NCBI GenBank assembly: GCA_965248695.1
Contig: CBDFKD010000002.1
Coordinates: forward strand, 5,152,001-5,216,000
Origin: Acidobacteriota bacterium
GTDB lineage: Bacteria > Acidobacteriota > UBA890 > WLXD01
Direction: 5' to 3'
Length of the DNA: 64,000 nt
Part shown: positions 29,253 to 39,575 of the stretch, piece by piece
Layout of the letters: each line of letters starts with the position of its first letter
Position numbering within the stretch: the stretch's first letter is position 1
The notes under the pieces: model-generated
Database searches by the model: none
The model's input: only the letters and a program-made list of their open reading frames with translations
What the model was told of the DNA's origin: nothing
Made by a program: the position numbers and the translations under genes

Positions 29253-30808
29253 ATGCCACGCCGCAAGGGCAGGTGCAACGAGTCGGAGTGCAACAACGCT
29301 TCGCGGACATTCGCCGCTGCCGTGCTCATGGCGCTGCTGTCGACGATTGGCTGCGCTGCCGCCTCCAGTCGCGACTCGCCCGTGGTTCGCGTCGGATCCA
29401 AAGCGTTCACCGAGAGTTTTATCCTCGGCGAGCTCATCGCGCAGATCATCGAGGACGAAGGCGAGGCAGCGGTCGAACGCCAGCTGGGACTGGGTGGTGC
29501 TGCGATTGCGTTCCGGGCTCTGTCGAGCGGCGAGATCGACGTTTATCCCGAGTACACCGGGACACTGACCCACGCAATCCTCCGGGACCCGGCCGTTGTC
29601 GGGGTAACGGAACTTCGCCTGCGTCTGCGAAACATGGGCCTCTCACAGTCAGTGATCCGCTGGGATTCCAGAATACGTATGCGCTGGCGATGCATCGCGA
29701 GGCGGCCGATTCTCTCGGCATCGAGAAGATTTCCGACCTCCAAGGGCATCCCGAGTTCCGGGCGGCGTTCAGCGCCGGGTACATCGATCGCGCCGATGGA
29801 TGGCCGGGCCTACAACGGCGCTACGCACTCGATTTCGCGGACGTCCGAGTGATCGAGCATTCCCTGAGCTACGAAGCGGTGGCTCGCGGAGAGGTCGACC
29901 TGATCGATATCTACTCCACGGACGGCAAGATCGATCGTTACGACCTCCGTATTCTGGCCGACGATCTGGAGTTCTTCCCCGACTACGACGCCGTGATGGT
30001 CGTTCGTGAGGACTTCATCGCTCGGTACCCCCGCAGCTGGGCGCGGCTGGAGGAGCTCCTCGTAGAGGGGTTCGATGACGCCGGGATGGCACGGCTCAAC
30101 GCGCGTTCGGATCTCGACGGAGAGACGCCACGCGCGGTCGCAGCCGCGTTCTTGAACGGTGGACAGCCCGGTCAGCCGAGCACCATCTCGATCAGAGACG
30201 AGATCCTCGGGCTGACGCTGGACCACGCCTATCTGGTGCTGCTTTCGCTGGGCCTGGCCAGCCTCGTTAGCGTCCCGCTCGGCGTCGTCGCCGCACGCTT
30301 CCGTCGCCTCGGGCAAACTGCTCTGGTGTCGGTGGGGGTCCTGCAGACAATTCCGTCGCTGGCGCTGCTGTGCTTCATGATCCCGTTGTTCGGAATCGGG
30401 CAGGCGCCGTCTCTGGTGGCGTTGTTTCTGTACGCCCTGTTGCCGATCGTTCGCAGCACCTATACAGGGCTCATCAGCCTGGATCGCCAGCTACTGGAGA
30501 TCGCGGAGGTGCTGGGGCTCAGCCGCTGGCAACGGCTGGCCCGTGTCGAGTTGCCCCTCGCGTCGGTCCACATCATGGCTGGAATCAAGACGTCGGCGGT
30601 GCTTACGGTCGGAACGGCGACCCTCGCCGCCTTCGTCGGCGGCGGTGGCTACGGCACGTTGATCGTTCGAGGGTTGGCCATCAATCACATCCCGACGATC
30701 CTTGCCGGCGCCGTCCCCGCAGCTGCTATGGCGCTGGTAATCCACGCCGGCTTCGAGCTGCTCGACCGGGTCGTGATCCCGGAGGGTTTGCGGCGAGCCC
30801 ACCGCTAG
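29253..30808 (+). CDS. Fused substrate-binding protein/permease of glycine betaine/choline-type ABC transporter; apparent frameshift at ~29642
   Basis: VGSKAFTE and IDVYPEYTGT in one frame, LGFQNTYAL, FFPDY and QTIPSLAL in another; an extra TC in CTCTC separates them. Confidence 0.78.
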
Positions 30809-30811
30809 GCC

Positions 30812-31624
30812 TCAAGGACGCTCGGCGGGACCACCACCGCGAGTCTGGGATCGCGGCGTCCGGAACATCATGCCAGGGATTGTTTGCTGGTCGTCGGCAT
30901 CGAAATCGTCGAGTCCGATCCGTACTGCATCGACGTCCTCACGCAGACGGAGGCTCCCGAGCACGAAGTCCCAGTAGGGAAACAGCGACCCGTAGTTGGA
31001 GTCCGTCTCGGACCGCTCTCGGCTGTGATGAACGCGATGCATCGCCGGGGTAACGACGAGGAGCAGAAACCCGCGGTCGATCCATCTGGGCAGCGCGACG
31101 TTGGAGTGGTGAACGAGCACCACCGGCAGGACGATCGCTTCGTAGAGCGCCAGATGCCAGATTGACATGCCGATGAGCTGCATCGCGACGATCTTGGTAA
31201 AGAACGACAGGACTACTTCGACGGTGTGAAAGCGCACGCCGGTGCTGGCGTCCATGAACGGATCAGCGTGGTGCATGCGGTGGAAGCGCCACAGAAACGG
31301 GATGGCGTGGTTGCCGCGGTGCCACAAGTACATCCAGAAATCGAACAGCACGATGGCCACCAGCGCGCCCAGCCATGCCGGGAGGTCGTAGGCGCGCAAG
31401 AGGCCATAGCCGTTCGCTGCCCCCCAGCTGTTACCGACAATCGCGAGCCCGGAGAAAACAACTGACACGATGACGGAGTTCAGCACGCCCATGAAGAGGT
31501 TGCGTGCGTCGTGGCGGATGCGCGCGCCGCGGCGGTCGCCGAACTGCGCATAGAACGGTACCCAGGCCTCGCCGAGCCAGAGCGCGATCAGAACGAGACC
31601 GCCGACCAGGGTCTTGGGCTCCAA
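30812..31624 (-). CDS. Sterol desaturase / fatty acid hydroxylase family membrane protein
   Basis: His boxes HRGNH, HRMHH, HH and HRVHH, plus SNYG. Confidence 0.85.
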   Translation of the reverse strand: MEPKTLVGGLVLIALWLGEAWVPFYAQFGDRRGARIRHDARNLFMGVLNSVIVSVVFSGLAIVGNSWGAANGYGLLRAYDLPAWLGALVAIVLFDFWMYLWHRGNHAIPFLWRFHRMHHADPFMDASTGVRFHTVEVVLSFFTKIVAMQLIGMSIWHLALYEAIVLPVVLVHHSNVALPRWIDRGFLLLVVTPAMHRVHHSRERSETDSNYGSLFPYWDFVLGSLRLREDVDAVRIGLDDFDADDQQTIPGMMFRTPRSQTRGGGPAERP

Positions 31625-31823
31625 GACCTATACCCAGGCGCAGATGGTCGTCCCGGAGCCGAGAGTCGCGCCGTCAGGTAGTGACGCCATTGTGTTTCCG
31701 AGTAGAAGGGACCGGTACGGGGCGATGGTATCCTGCGCCAACTTGAGCCGCACTGGCCGACTTGGCGAGGGGACGACGACGAAGGCGCCTCTGGAACAGC
31801 GAGGTCGATGACCACGCGCGGCG

Positions 31824-33266
31824 ATGCGAAGCCCAGGAACGGAGGCGTCGATGCTCTTGAGTGGCGAGATTGCTGAGGTCGGGCAGCGCGGCCCCGTCCG
31901 GCCCCGCCTGCGGCGTGCCTGGGTGGCGACGCTGGTGCTCCCCGTGTTGCTCGGAACCGCGCAGACGCCGTACCGCGCCGCGGAAGGCAATATCGAGTTC
32001 GCCCTGACCGGTGATTCGATCATCAGTCGACCGTTGTCGGCCTACGTCGAGCCCGAATTCACGGCGATGGTCGAAGCCATACGCGCCGCTGACCTGGCGT
32101 TTACCAACCTGGAGATCGCGCTCCAGACGGTCGACAAGCTGACGCCGATGGTTTCGGATCGGGAAAGCTACATGTTCGCCGACCCGATCATCGCCCAGGA
32201 GCTCGCATGGGCCGGCTTCGATGCTGTCAGCCGGGCAAACAACCATGCGCTCGACTACGGCTGGGACGGAATGCGCGCTACCAGCCGTGCTTTGGACGCC
32301 GCCGGGGTGGCGCACGCCGGGGTGGGGGAGAACCTCGCACTCGCCGACGAGGCCACCTACGTGCAGACGGCGAACGGCCGTGTGGCGTTGATCTCGACCG
32401 CGTCGAGCTTCGATACCTTCCATCCGGCGCGGCCCCAGCGCCCCGATATTCGAGCCACCCCGGGACTCAACCCGATCCGCTACCAGCGCACGACCACGCT
32501 GCCAGCGGACGAGTTCGCGGCCCTCAAGCAGATTGTACGTAGCCTCGGTCAGGGGGTTGACGAGGCGAGCGCAGAGCTTGTTTTCGCCGGGGAGACGTTC
32601 GCCCTCGGCGACGAAGCCGGTGTGAGAACCACCGCCGACCCGACTGATCTTCAACGTATCCTCTCGAGCGTAGATGCCGCTCGGCGCCAGTCCGACTGGG
32701 TGGTCGTCGCTACCCACACGCACGAGAGCGCCGGACGGCGGGAGCTACCGGCTGATTTTCTGGTGCAGTACGCGCGCGCCGCGATCGACGCTGGGGCGGA
32801 CGTGTTCGTGGGCACCGGACCGCATGTGCTGCGCGGCATCGAGATCTACAAGGGGCGCCCTATCTTCTACAGCCTGGGCAACTTCTTCTTCGAGAACGAG
32901 ACGGTGCGATACCGCCCGTCGGCTGAGTATCGCGATGTGGATCTGCCGGCTGACAGCCGCACGGTCGACTACTACGACTACCGTCAGCAGACTCAGGCGG
33001 GATATTTCACCCTCGACGCCTGGTTCTGGGAATCGGTCGTGGCGATGCCGAGATTCGAAGCCGGTGCGTTGAAGGAGATCCGCCTCCTACCAGTGACGCT
33101 GGGTTACGACACGCCCCGTTCGCGTCGCGGCCGACCGATGCTCGCCGGGCCCGAGCTGGCTCGGAAGATCATCGATGATCTGGCGCGGCTGTCCGCGCCT
33201 TACGGCACCGCGGTTCGATTCGAGGATGCTGTAGGTGTGATCACGCCGCCCGTGACCGGGTGGTGA
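31824..33266 (+). CDS. CapA/PgsA family metallophosphoesterase-like protein
   Basis: TGD, NLE, ANNHALDYG, GPHVLRGIE.YKG.PIFYSLGNF; start uncertain. Confidence 0.85.
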   Translation: MRSPGTEASMLLSGEIAEVGQRGPVRPRLRRAWVATLVLPVLLGTAQTPYRAAEGNIEFALTGDSIISRPLSAYVEPEFTAMVEAIRAADLAFTNLEIALQTVDKLTPMVSDRESYMFADPIIAQELAWAGFDAVSRANNHALDYGWDGMRATSRALDAAGVAHAGVGENLALADEATYVQTANGRVALISTASSFDTFHPARPQRPDIRATPGLNPIRYQRTTTLPADEFAALKQIVRSLGQGVDEASAELVFAGETFALGDEAGVRTTADPTDLQRILSSVDAARRQSDWVVVATHTHESAGRRELPADFLVQYARAAIDAGADVFVGTGPHVLRGIEIYKGRPIFYSLGNFFFENETVRYRPSAEYRDVDLPADSRTVDYYDYRQQTQAGYFTLDAWFWESVVAMPRFEAGALKEIRLLPVTLGYDTPRSRRGRPMLAGPELARKIIDDLARLSAPYGTAVRFEDAVGVITPPVTGW

Positions 33267-34255
33267 TGCGCCGGGGCCTCATCCGAGCTCTACCTTGGCT
33301 CGCCGTCGGCATCCTGGTTTGCGCCGCCTGTACGGAACCGGAGACAGTAACGGGCGATCGACGGCTGCAGATCGCCGTCATTCCGAAGGGCTCCACGCAT
33401 CAGTTCTGGAAGAGCATTCACGCCGGCGCCATCAAGGGCGGATTCGAGGCCGACGTGGACGTGCTCTGGCAGGGCCCGGTGCGCGAGGATGACCGCCAAA
33501 TGCAGATCCAGGTGGTGCAGAACTTCATCAGCCGCGCGGTCGACGCCGTTGTTCTGGCGCCGCTCGATTCCCGTAGCCTGGTGGGACCGGTCGAAGCGGC
33601 GGTCGGCCGCGACATCCCGGTGGTCATCATCGACTCGGGATTGGATTCGACCGCCCAGTCAGCGTTCATCGCCACCAACAACTACGAGGGTGGACGCCTT
33701 TGCGGCCTGCGGTTGGCCGAGGTGCTCGGCGGTAGCGGCAAGGTGTTGCTGTTGCGCTTCATGGAGGGTCACGCGAGCACCACGGCTCGGGAAGAGGGCT
33801 TCCTCGACGCCATTGGCGAGTTCCCCGAGATCGAGGTCGTCAGCGACAACCAGCGCGCCGGCGCGACGCTTGAAACGGCCCTGCAGGCCTCGCAGAATCT
33901 GCTCAACAGATTTCCGGAAGTCGACGGGGTCTTCGCCGCCAACGAGACCTCCACACAGGGCATGTTGCGCGCCCTGCAGACTTCTGGCCGGGCCGGGATC
34001 ACGCGTCTCGTCGGCTTCGACGCCAACGCGACGTTGATCGCCGCGCTCGAGGCCGGAACCATCCAAGGGCTGGCGGTGCAGGATCCGTTCGCGATGGGAT
34101 ACCTCGGTGTCAAGACCGCCGCCGCCGCCGCTCGCGGCAACGAGCACGAGGTGTACGTCGAAACCCGCTTGATGATGATTACCGCCGACAACATGGCCGA
34201 GCCGGCAGCGCGCGAGCTGTTGTCGCCGGATCTGGAAACCTGGCTCGACGAGTGA
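33260..34255 (+). CDS. Sugar ABC transporter substrate-binding lipoprotein (RbsB-like)
   Basis: IAVIPKG..HQFW, ATNN, GFD, QDPFAMGY motifs. Confidence 0.88.
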   Translation: MVMRRGLIRALPWLAVGILVCAACTEPETVTGDRRLQIAVIPKGSTHQFWKSIHAGAIKGGFEADVDVLWQGPVREDDRQMQIQVVQNFISRAVDAVVLAPLDSRSLVGPVEAAVGRDIPVVIIDSGLDSTAQSAFIATNNYEGGRLCGLRLAEVLGGSGKVLLLRFMEGHASTTAREEGFLDAIGEFPEIEVVSDNQRAGATLETALQASQNLLNRFPEVDGVFAANETSTQGMLRALQTSGRAGITRLVGFDANATLIAALEAGTIQGLAVQDPFAMGYLGVKTAAAAARGNEHEVYVETRLMMITADNMAEPAARELLSPDLETWLDE

Positions 34256-34294
34256 TCCGGGACACGGGCCGCGAGTCAGCGTCTCGGCCTCACA

Positions 34295-35836
34295 GTGCCT
34301 GAGCCCCTTCTGGAGGTTGACGGCATCGAGAAGGCCTTCGGGCCCGTGCGCGCCTTGCGGGGCGTCTCCGTGCGCCTGGAGCGGGGACAGGTCCTCGGGC
34401 TGATTGGCGAGAACGGCGCCGGTAAGAGCACGCTGATGAATGTCCTTACCGGCGTAGCTCAACCGGACCGAGGCAGCATGCGTCTGGCCGGGGAACGCTA
34501 CGCGCCCACGTCGCCGTTGGAAGGGATGCGGGCGGGTATCGCCGCGATCCATCAGGAGCTGAGCCTGGCGCCCCACCTGAGCGTCGAGGCGAACATCACC
34601 CTTGGGCGGGAGCTGTCCCAGATCGGGATGCTGCGCTCGCAGCGAGCCCGCGTACGCGAGGTCCTGGCGTTGCTCCAGCACGGAGACATCGACCCGGGCG
34701 TCTCAGTAGGTGAGCTCAGCCTGGCTCGACAGCAGATCGTCGAGATCGCCCGCGCCCTGTTCGCCGACGCCCGCATCGTGGTCATGGACGAGCCCACGAG
34801 CGCGCTTTCGTCGGCCGATACCGACACCTTGTTTCAGGTGGTGGACCGACTCCGGCGACGCGGCGTCGCGTGCATTTTCGTGAGGCACTTCCTGGAGGAG
34901 GTGCGCCGTATCTGTGATCGGTTCACGATGCTGCGCGACGGGCAGACGGTCGCCAGCGGCGCGCTCGAGCAGACCACAGACGACGAGCTCATTTGCCATA
35001 TGGTGGGTCGGGAGGTCGGCGAGCTCTACCCGCAATCGCAACGCCGGCTCGGGGAGGTGCTTCTGCGGGTCAGCGATCTATCAGGCTGCGATGGGAAGCC
35101 TTCTGGGGCGGACATTACGATCCGCCGCGGCGAGATTCTGGGCCTCGCCGGGCTCGTCGGTGCCGGGCGAAGCGAAACGTTGCGCTCGCTGTTCGGCCTG
35201 CATCGAGCAGTGACCGGACATCTCGTGGTCAACGGCGGATCCGGGCTGCAAGTTCGCGAGCTGACGCCGGCGCATGCCCTGGATCAGGGCGTCGATCTAC
35301 TCAGCGAGGATCGGCAACTCGAGGGGCTGGCGCTGGGGATGTCGATCTCCGCCAACGTCACGCTCTCGGCACTAGGGCGGTATCGCAAATGGGGACTATT
35401 GGATCGGCGCCGCGAAGATGACGGCGCCGCTGGCTGGGCGCGACGGCTCGGAATCAAGATGCACGACACGGCTTCGCCAGCGGCAACGTTGTCGGGCGGC
35501 AATCAACAGCGAGTGTGTCTCGCGCGCCTCCTGCATCGCGACGCGGATGTGTTGTTGATGGACGAGCCGACCAGAGGCATCGACATCGGCACCAAAGCCC
35601 GTATCTACCGCCTGATGCACGAGCTCGCCGACTCCGGGAAGGGACTCCTGATGACCAGCTCCTACTTGCCCGAGCTGTTCGGAGTCTGTGACACGCTGGC
35701 GGTCGTTCACCGGGGAGCGATCTCGGCCCCGCGACCTGTCGGCGGATGGACAATGGAAGAGGTGATGCGTCTCGCTACCTCTGGCGCACCAGACGCTGGC
35801 CTACAGGTGCGTACCGCAGGATCGGAGCCGGCTTGA
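34295..35836 (+). CDS. Sugar ABC transporter ATP-binding protein (RbsA-like, two ATPase domains)
   Basis: GENGAGKS, DEPT twice, LSGGNQQ. Confidence 0.9.
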   Translation: MPEPLLEVDGIEKAFGPVRALRGVSVRLERGQVLGLIGENGAGKSTLMNVLTGVAQPDRGSMRLAGERYAPTSPLEGMRAGIAAIHQELSLAPHLSVEANITLGRELSQIGMLRSQRARVREVLALLQHGDIDPGVSVGELSLARQQIVEIARALFADARIVVMDEPTSALSSADTDTLFQVVDRLRRRGVACIFVRHFLEEVRRICDRFTMLRDGQTVASGALEQTTDDELICHMVGREVGELYPQSQRRLGEVLLRVSDLSGCDGKPSGADITIRRGEILGLAGLVGAGRSETLRSLFGLHRAVTGHLVVNGGSGLQVRELTPAHALDQGVDLLSEDRQLEGLALGMSISANVTLSALGRYRKWGLLDRRREDDGAAGWARRLGIKMHDTASPAATLSGGNQQRVCLARLLHRDADVLLMDEPTRGIDIGTKARIYRLMHELADSGKGLLMTSSYLPELFGVCDTLAVVHRGAISAPRPVGGWTMEEVMRLATSGAPDAGLQVRTAGSEPA

Positions 35837-36804
35837 TGGAGACTCCGAAGGTCCGCATCGCAGCACTCGGTCCCTTCATAGGTCTTGCGGCCGTGGTGAT
35901 CTTCTTCGCGGCGATAACCCCGCCGGCGTTCCAGTCGCTGTACAACCTCAAGACGATCCTTACGCAGAGCGTCATCGTCGGCATCGCCGCTCTGGGCATG
36001 ACATTCGTCATCGTCTCCAGGGGCATCGACCTGAGCGTAGGCTCGCAGATCGCGCTGGGGACTGTCGTCACCGGGCTGGTGGTGAATTCGGCCGGGCAGG
36101 GATTCGTCGGCCCCCTGCTTGGTGCCGCTGCCGGAGTGGCGGCGTGCGTTGCGGTGGGCGCCCTGAGCGGCGTCCTCATCACGCGGTTCAACGTCATTCC
36201 GTTCATCGTCACGCTCGGGATGATGCAGATCGCGCGCGGCGTCGCCAAATGGCTTGCCCGCGAAGGGACGCTGGCGATCCCGGACAACTGGCTCAACGAT
36301 CTGATGCTGGTCGATCCACGCCCGACGTGGTTGATGTTCGCGCCCGGCGTGTGGATCGCGGTGGCGCTCCTGGCTGCTTCGACGGTCATCCTGATGCACA
36401 CTGCGTTCGGGCGTTATGTGTTCGCCATCGGCTCCAGCGAGCGCACCGCCCGGCTATGCGGCGTGCGGGTCGAACGGATGAAAGTCGGAATCTACGCGCT
36501 GAGCGGCTTCTTCACCGGCGTTGCGGCGGTGATGCAGTGTGCCTACCTCACGGTGGGTGACCCGACATCCGCGGCCGGCTTGGAGCTCGACATCATCGCC
36601 GCAGTCGTGATCGGCGGCGGATCGCTAGGGGGTGGCGAGGGCAGCGCTGTGGGCTCGGTCGCCGGGGCATTGATCATGGCGGTCCTGCGCAACGGCAGCA
36701 ACATGCTCGGAGTGCCGCACTACGTGCAGGAGATCATGATCGGCGCGTTCATGCTCGCCCAAAGCAACGGACATGCAAATGTCACGCAAACCTATTTTTT
36801 GTAG
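35836..36804 (+). CDS. Sugar ABC permease (RbsC-like), C-terminus apparently replaced by foreign sequence
   Basis: GIDLSVGS, FIVTLG and ELDIIAAVVIGG motifs; after QEIMIGA the expected last hydrophobic helix is replaced by a polar tail from AT-rich DNA. Confidence 0.8.
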   Translation: METPKVRIAALGPFIGLAAVVIFFAAITPPAFQSLYNLKTILTQSVIVGIAALGMTFVIVSRGIDLSVGSQIALGTVVTGLVVNSAGQGFVGPLLGAAAGVAACVAVGALSGVLITRFNVIPFIVTLGMMQIARGVAKWLAREGTLAIPDNWLNDLMLVDPRPTWLMFAPGVWIAVALLAASTVILMHTAFGRYVFAIGSSERTARLCGVRVERMKVGIYALSGFFTGVAAVMQCAYLTVGDPTSAAGLELDIIAAVVIGGGSLGGGEGSAVGSVAGALIMAVLRNGSNMLGVPHYVQEIMIGAFMLAQSNGHANVTQTYFL

Positions 36805-36987
36805 CAACTTACAGGCGACCCTCTTGTGGGGCTAATTCTGTTCTTTCCGGTCTATTTCGGGGTGTTTCCCGGGTTTCCTGGTACAAAAGTGGTATCGGGG
36901 TGCCGGCGCTCGCGCAGCACAGGAGGGTAGCGTGCGGGGCGAGGCGATGTGGCGGCTCGAAGAACTGCTGAGGCTCGGGAGAGCGGC

Positions 36988-37992
36988 ATGAGGCACTTCC
37001 GGCTGATCTGTGCCGACGTGCTGGAGGGCCTCGCCCGGTTACCCGACGAATCGGTCCACTGCGTGATAACGAGTCCGCCGTATTGGAGGCTGCGCGACTA
37101 CGGTACCGACGGCCAGCTCGGGCTGGAGGCCACGCCCGAAGAGTACGTGGAGACCATGACGGGCGTGTTCCGCGAGGTGCGCCGTGTGCTGCGCTCTGAC
37201 GGCACGCTGTGGCTGAACATGGGCGACTGCTACGCGAGCGGCGGGTACGGGGCACGAGATCCCGAGAGGTGGCCGGAGCAGAGCCGAAACAACCATATGC
37301 GGCACGCCAGGGCACCAAGCGGCGGCCTCAAGCCCAAGGATCTCGTCGGCATACCTTGGCGGGTCGCCTTAGCGCTACAGGCGGATGGCTGGTGGCTGCG
37401 AAGCGACATCATCTGGGCCAAGTCGCCACCGATGCCGGAATCGGTCAAGGACCGCCCCACGAAAGCGCACGAGTACGTCTTCCTGCTGTCGAAGTCCGCT
37501 CGCTACTGCTACGACGCAGATGCGGTTCGAACGCCCTATCGCCCTGCGACGCGGAGCGATTTGGTTGATGGCAGGTGGCGAAAATCCAACATCTCTGGGT
37601 GGGCAAATTCGCCGAACTTTCACGGGGCCAATCCGACTAGTAGGCCGCAGCGCCCTTGTCACCGCGGCGGCAAAGTCAAGCAAGGTGCGAACCTGCGCTC
37701 GGTCTGGACCATCTCGAATAGCGGCAAAGATGCGTTTCCCGAAGCGCACTTCGCAACCTTCCCGACCAAGCTCGTGGAGCCGTGTGTGCTGGCCGGCTGC
37801 CCCGAAGGCGGTGTCGTGCTTGACCCCTTCTGCGGCTCAGGCACCACGGGCGTCGTCGCACTCCGCGCAGACCGGCGCTTCGTGGGTATCGAGCTCAATG
37901 AGCAGTACGTGGAGATGGCGCGCCGCAGGATCGGAGATGACGCGCCGCTGCTGAACCGCGAGGACCCGATGCTCCTGGATCTAGCGGCATGA
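36988..37992 (+). CDS. Phage N4/N6 DNA methyltransferase (beta class)
   Basis: TSPPY catalytic motif, HFATFP, DPFCGSGTT SAM motif. Confidence 0.92.
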   Translation: MRHFRLICADVLEGLARLPDESVHCVITSPPYWRLRDYGTDGQLGLEATPEEYVETMTGVFREVRRVLRSDGTLWLNMGDCYASGGYGARDPERWPEQSRNNHMRHARAPSGGLKPKDLVGIPWRVALALQADGWWLRSDIIWAKSPPMPESVKDRPTKAHEYVFLLSKSARYCYDADAVRTPYRPATRSDLVDGRWRKSNISGWANSPNFHGANPTSRPQRPCHRGGKVKQGANLRSVWTISNSGKDAFPEAHFATFPTKLVEPCVLAGCPEGGVVLDPFCGSGTTGVVALRADRRFVGIELNEQYVEMARRRIGDDAPLLNREDPMLLDLAA

Positions 37993-38312
37993 TCAGCTTC
38001 GAGTCCCCCGCGATCCCCGACGTTGAAGGCGTGGACATCGCCCCGGAGCGCGCACTTGCCGCTGCGGTGATCCGTCGGGCGATTGTCGACCTGGGCATGG
38101 TGGCAACGTGGCGTGATCGAACCGAGCGGCCCGCTTGCACGTGCAAGAGGCTACGGGAGATCGGCCCCGAATCAGACCTGGTTGCGTGGTTGTCGCACCC
38201 GGAGGAGTTGCGCCCCTGCTCGCTGGGCTGGTGGTGTCAGTACATCGGTGCTGACCCGGTGGCGCTCACCGAACAACTGCGTCATCGAGGGCTCTTGGAG
38301 GCAGCGGCATGA
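37989..38312 (+). CDS. Phage hypothetical protein
   Basis: ATGA-coupled on both sides; ERAL..AVI..AI.D and SL.W.C...G.DP pattern. Confidence 0.6.
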   Translation: MISFESPAIPDVEGVDIAPERALAAAVIRRAIVDLGMVATWRDRTERPACTCKRLREIGPESDLVAWLSHPEELRPCSLGWWCQYIGADPVALTEQLRHRGLLEAAA

Positions 38313-39556
38313 CTCCAACGCCCCGCCGGATCGAGGATCTGCAGCCGGCGCCCTACAACCCGCGCACTATCGATGCCCCCTCGCTGGAGGCGCTGAAGGC
38401 ATCGCTGGGTACCTTCGGCGACCTCTCAGGTATCACCTTCAACGAGCGCACCGGGCACCTCGTTACGGGCCACCAGCGCGTGCGTGTGCTACGCGAACAG
38501 CACGGCGAGTCAGCGCGCATCCGTCACGCCGGCAAGGAAGCGTACCTACACGTGGGCTCCGAGCGGTTCCGGTTGCGCGTCGTGAACTGGGACGAGGAGA
38601 CGGAGCGCGCCGCGAACATCGCCGCCAACTCGCCCCTGCTCGCAGGCATCTTCACGGACGATCTACCCGACCTGGTGGCGCTGGCCCAAGAGGAGTTGCC
38701 GGAGCTGACCGATGCGCTCCGATTCGATGATCTGCTGGAAACGCTCGACATGGGACCGGAGCCCATCGAACTGCAAGATGACGAGGTGCCAGAGCCACCA
38801 GCCAACCCGGTGACCAAGCCCGGGGACGTATGGACACTGGGGGATCACCGGCTTATCTGTGGCGACGCGCAGGATCCTGGTGTCGTCGCCGCGCTGCTCG
38901 GCGATCATGTCCCGTTGCTCATGATCACCGATCCGCCCTACGGCGTGGAGTACGAGCCGGAATGGCGCGAACGTGATTTGGGAGAAAAACATGCGGGCCG
39001 GCGGTCCGGGATTGTACGCAACGACGATTGCGCCGACTGGCGAGAGGCGTTCACCCACTTTACCGGCGATGTCGCCTACGTATGGCACGCATCCTTGTTC
39101 GGTGCGGTCGTGCTCGAAGGGTTAGCGGCGGCGCGGTTGGGGCCTCGTGCCCAGATCATATGGGCCAAGCCGCAGGGCGTGATCTCACGTGGTCACTATC
39201 AATGGGCTCATGAGCCGGCCTGGTACGCGGTGCGCCGCGGCCGGAGCGCGCGCTGGAGCGGAGACCGGTGCCAAAGCACGCTCTGGCGCATCTCCAACCA
39301 GCTACGAGCCTCCGAAGGCAAGACGGACCACTCGACGCAAAAGCCGCTTGAGTGCATGGGCCGTCCGATGCGCAACCACGGCAAGGTCGGCGATGGGGTC
39401 TATGACCCGTTCGTGGGCTCGGGTACCACGCTCATCGCCGCCGAGCAGCTGGAGCGCCGCTGTTTCGCCATCGAGATCGACCCCGGCTACTGCGACGTAA
39501 CCGTCGAGCGCTGGGAAAACCTGACCGGCTCCAAGGCCAACCGGTGCACCCCGTGA
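38309..39556 (+). CDS. ParB-like N-terminal domain fused to DNA methyltransferase
   Basis: L.PAPYNPR and GHQR (ParB-like); TDPPY, HSTQKP, DPFVGSGTT. Confidence 0.88.
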   Translation: MTPTPRRIEDLQPAPYNPRTIDAPSLEALKASLGTFGDLSGITFNERTGHLVTGHQRVRVLREQHGESARIRHAGKEAYLHVGSERFRLRVVNWDEETERAANIAANSPLLAGIFTDDLPDLVALAQEELPELTDALRFDDLLETLDMGPEPIELQDDEVPEPPANPVTKPGDVWTLGDHRLICGDAQDPGVVAALLGDHVPLLMITDPPYGVEYEPEWRERDLGEKHAGRRSGIVRNDDCADWREAFTHFTGDVAYVWHASLFGAVVLEGLAAARLGPRAQIIWAKPQGVISRGHYQWAHEPAWYAVRRGRSARWSGDRCQSTLWRISNQLRASEGKTDHSTQKPLECMGRPMRNHGKVGDGVYDPFVGSGTTLIAAEQLERRCFAIEIDPGYCDVTVERWENLTGSKANRCTP

Positions 39557-39575
39557 TCATCCCAGGCACACACCC

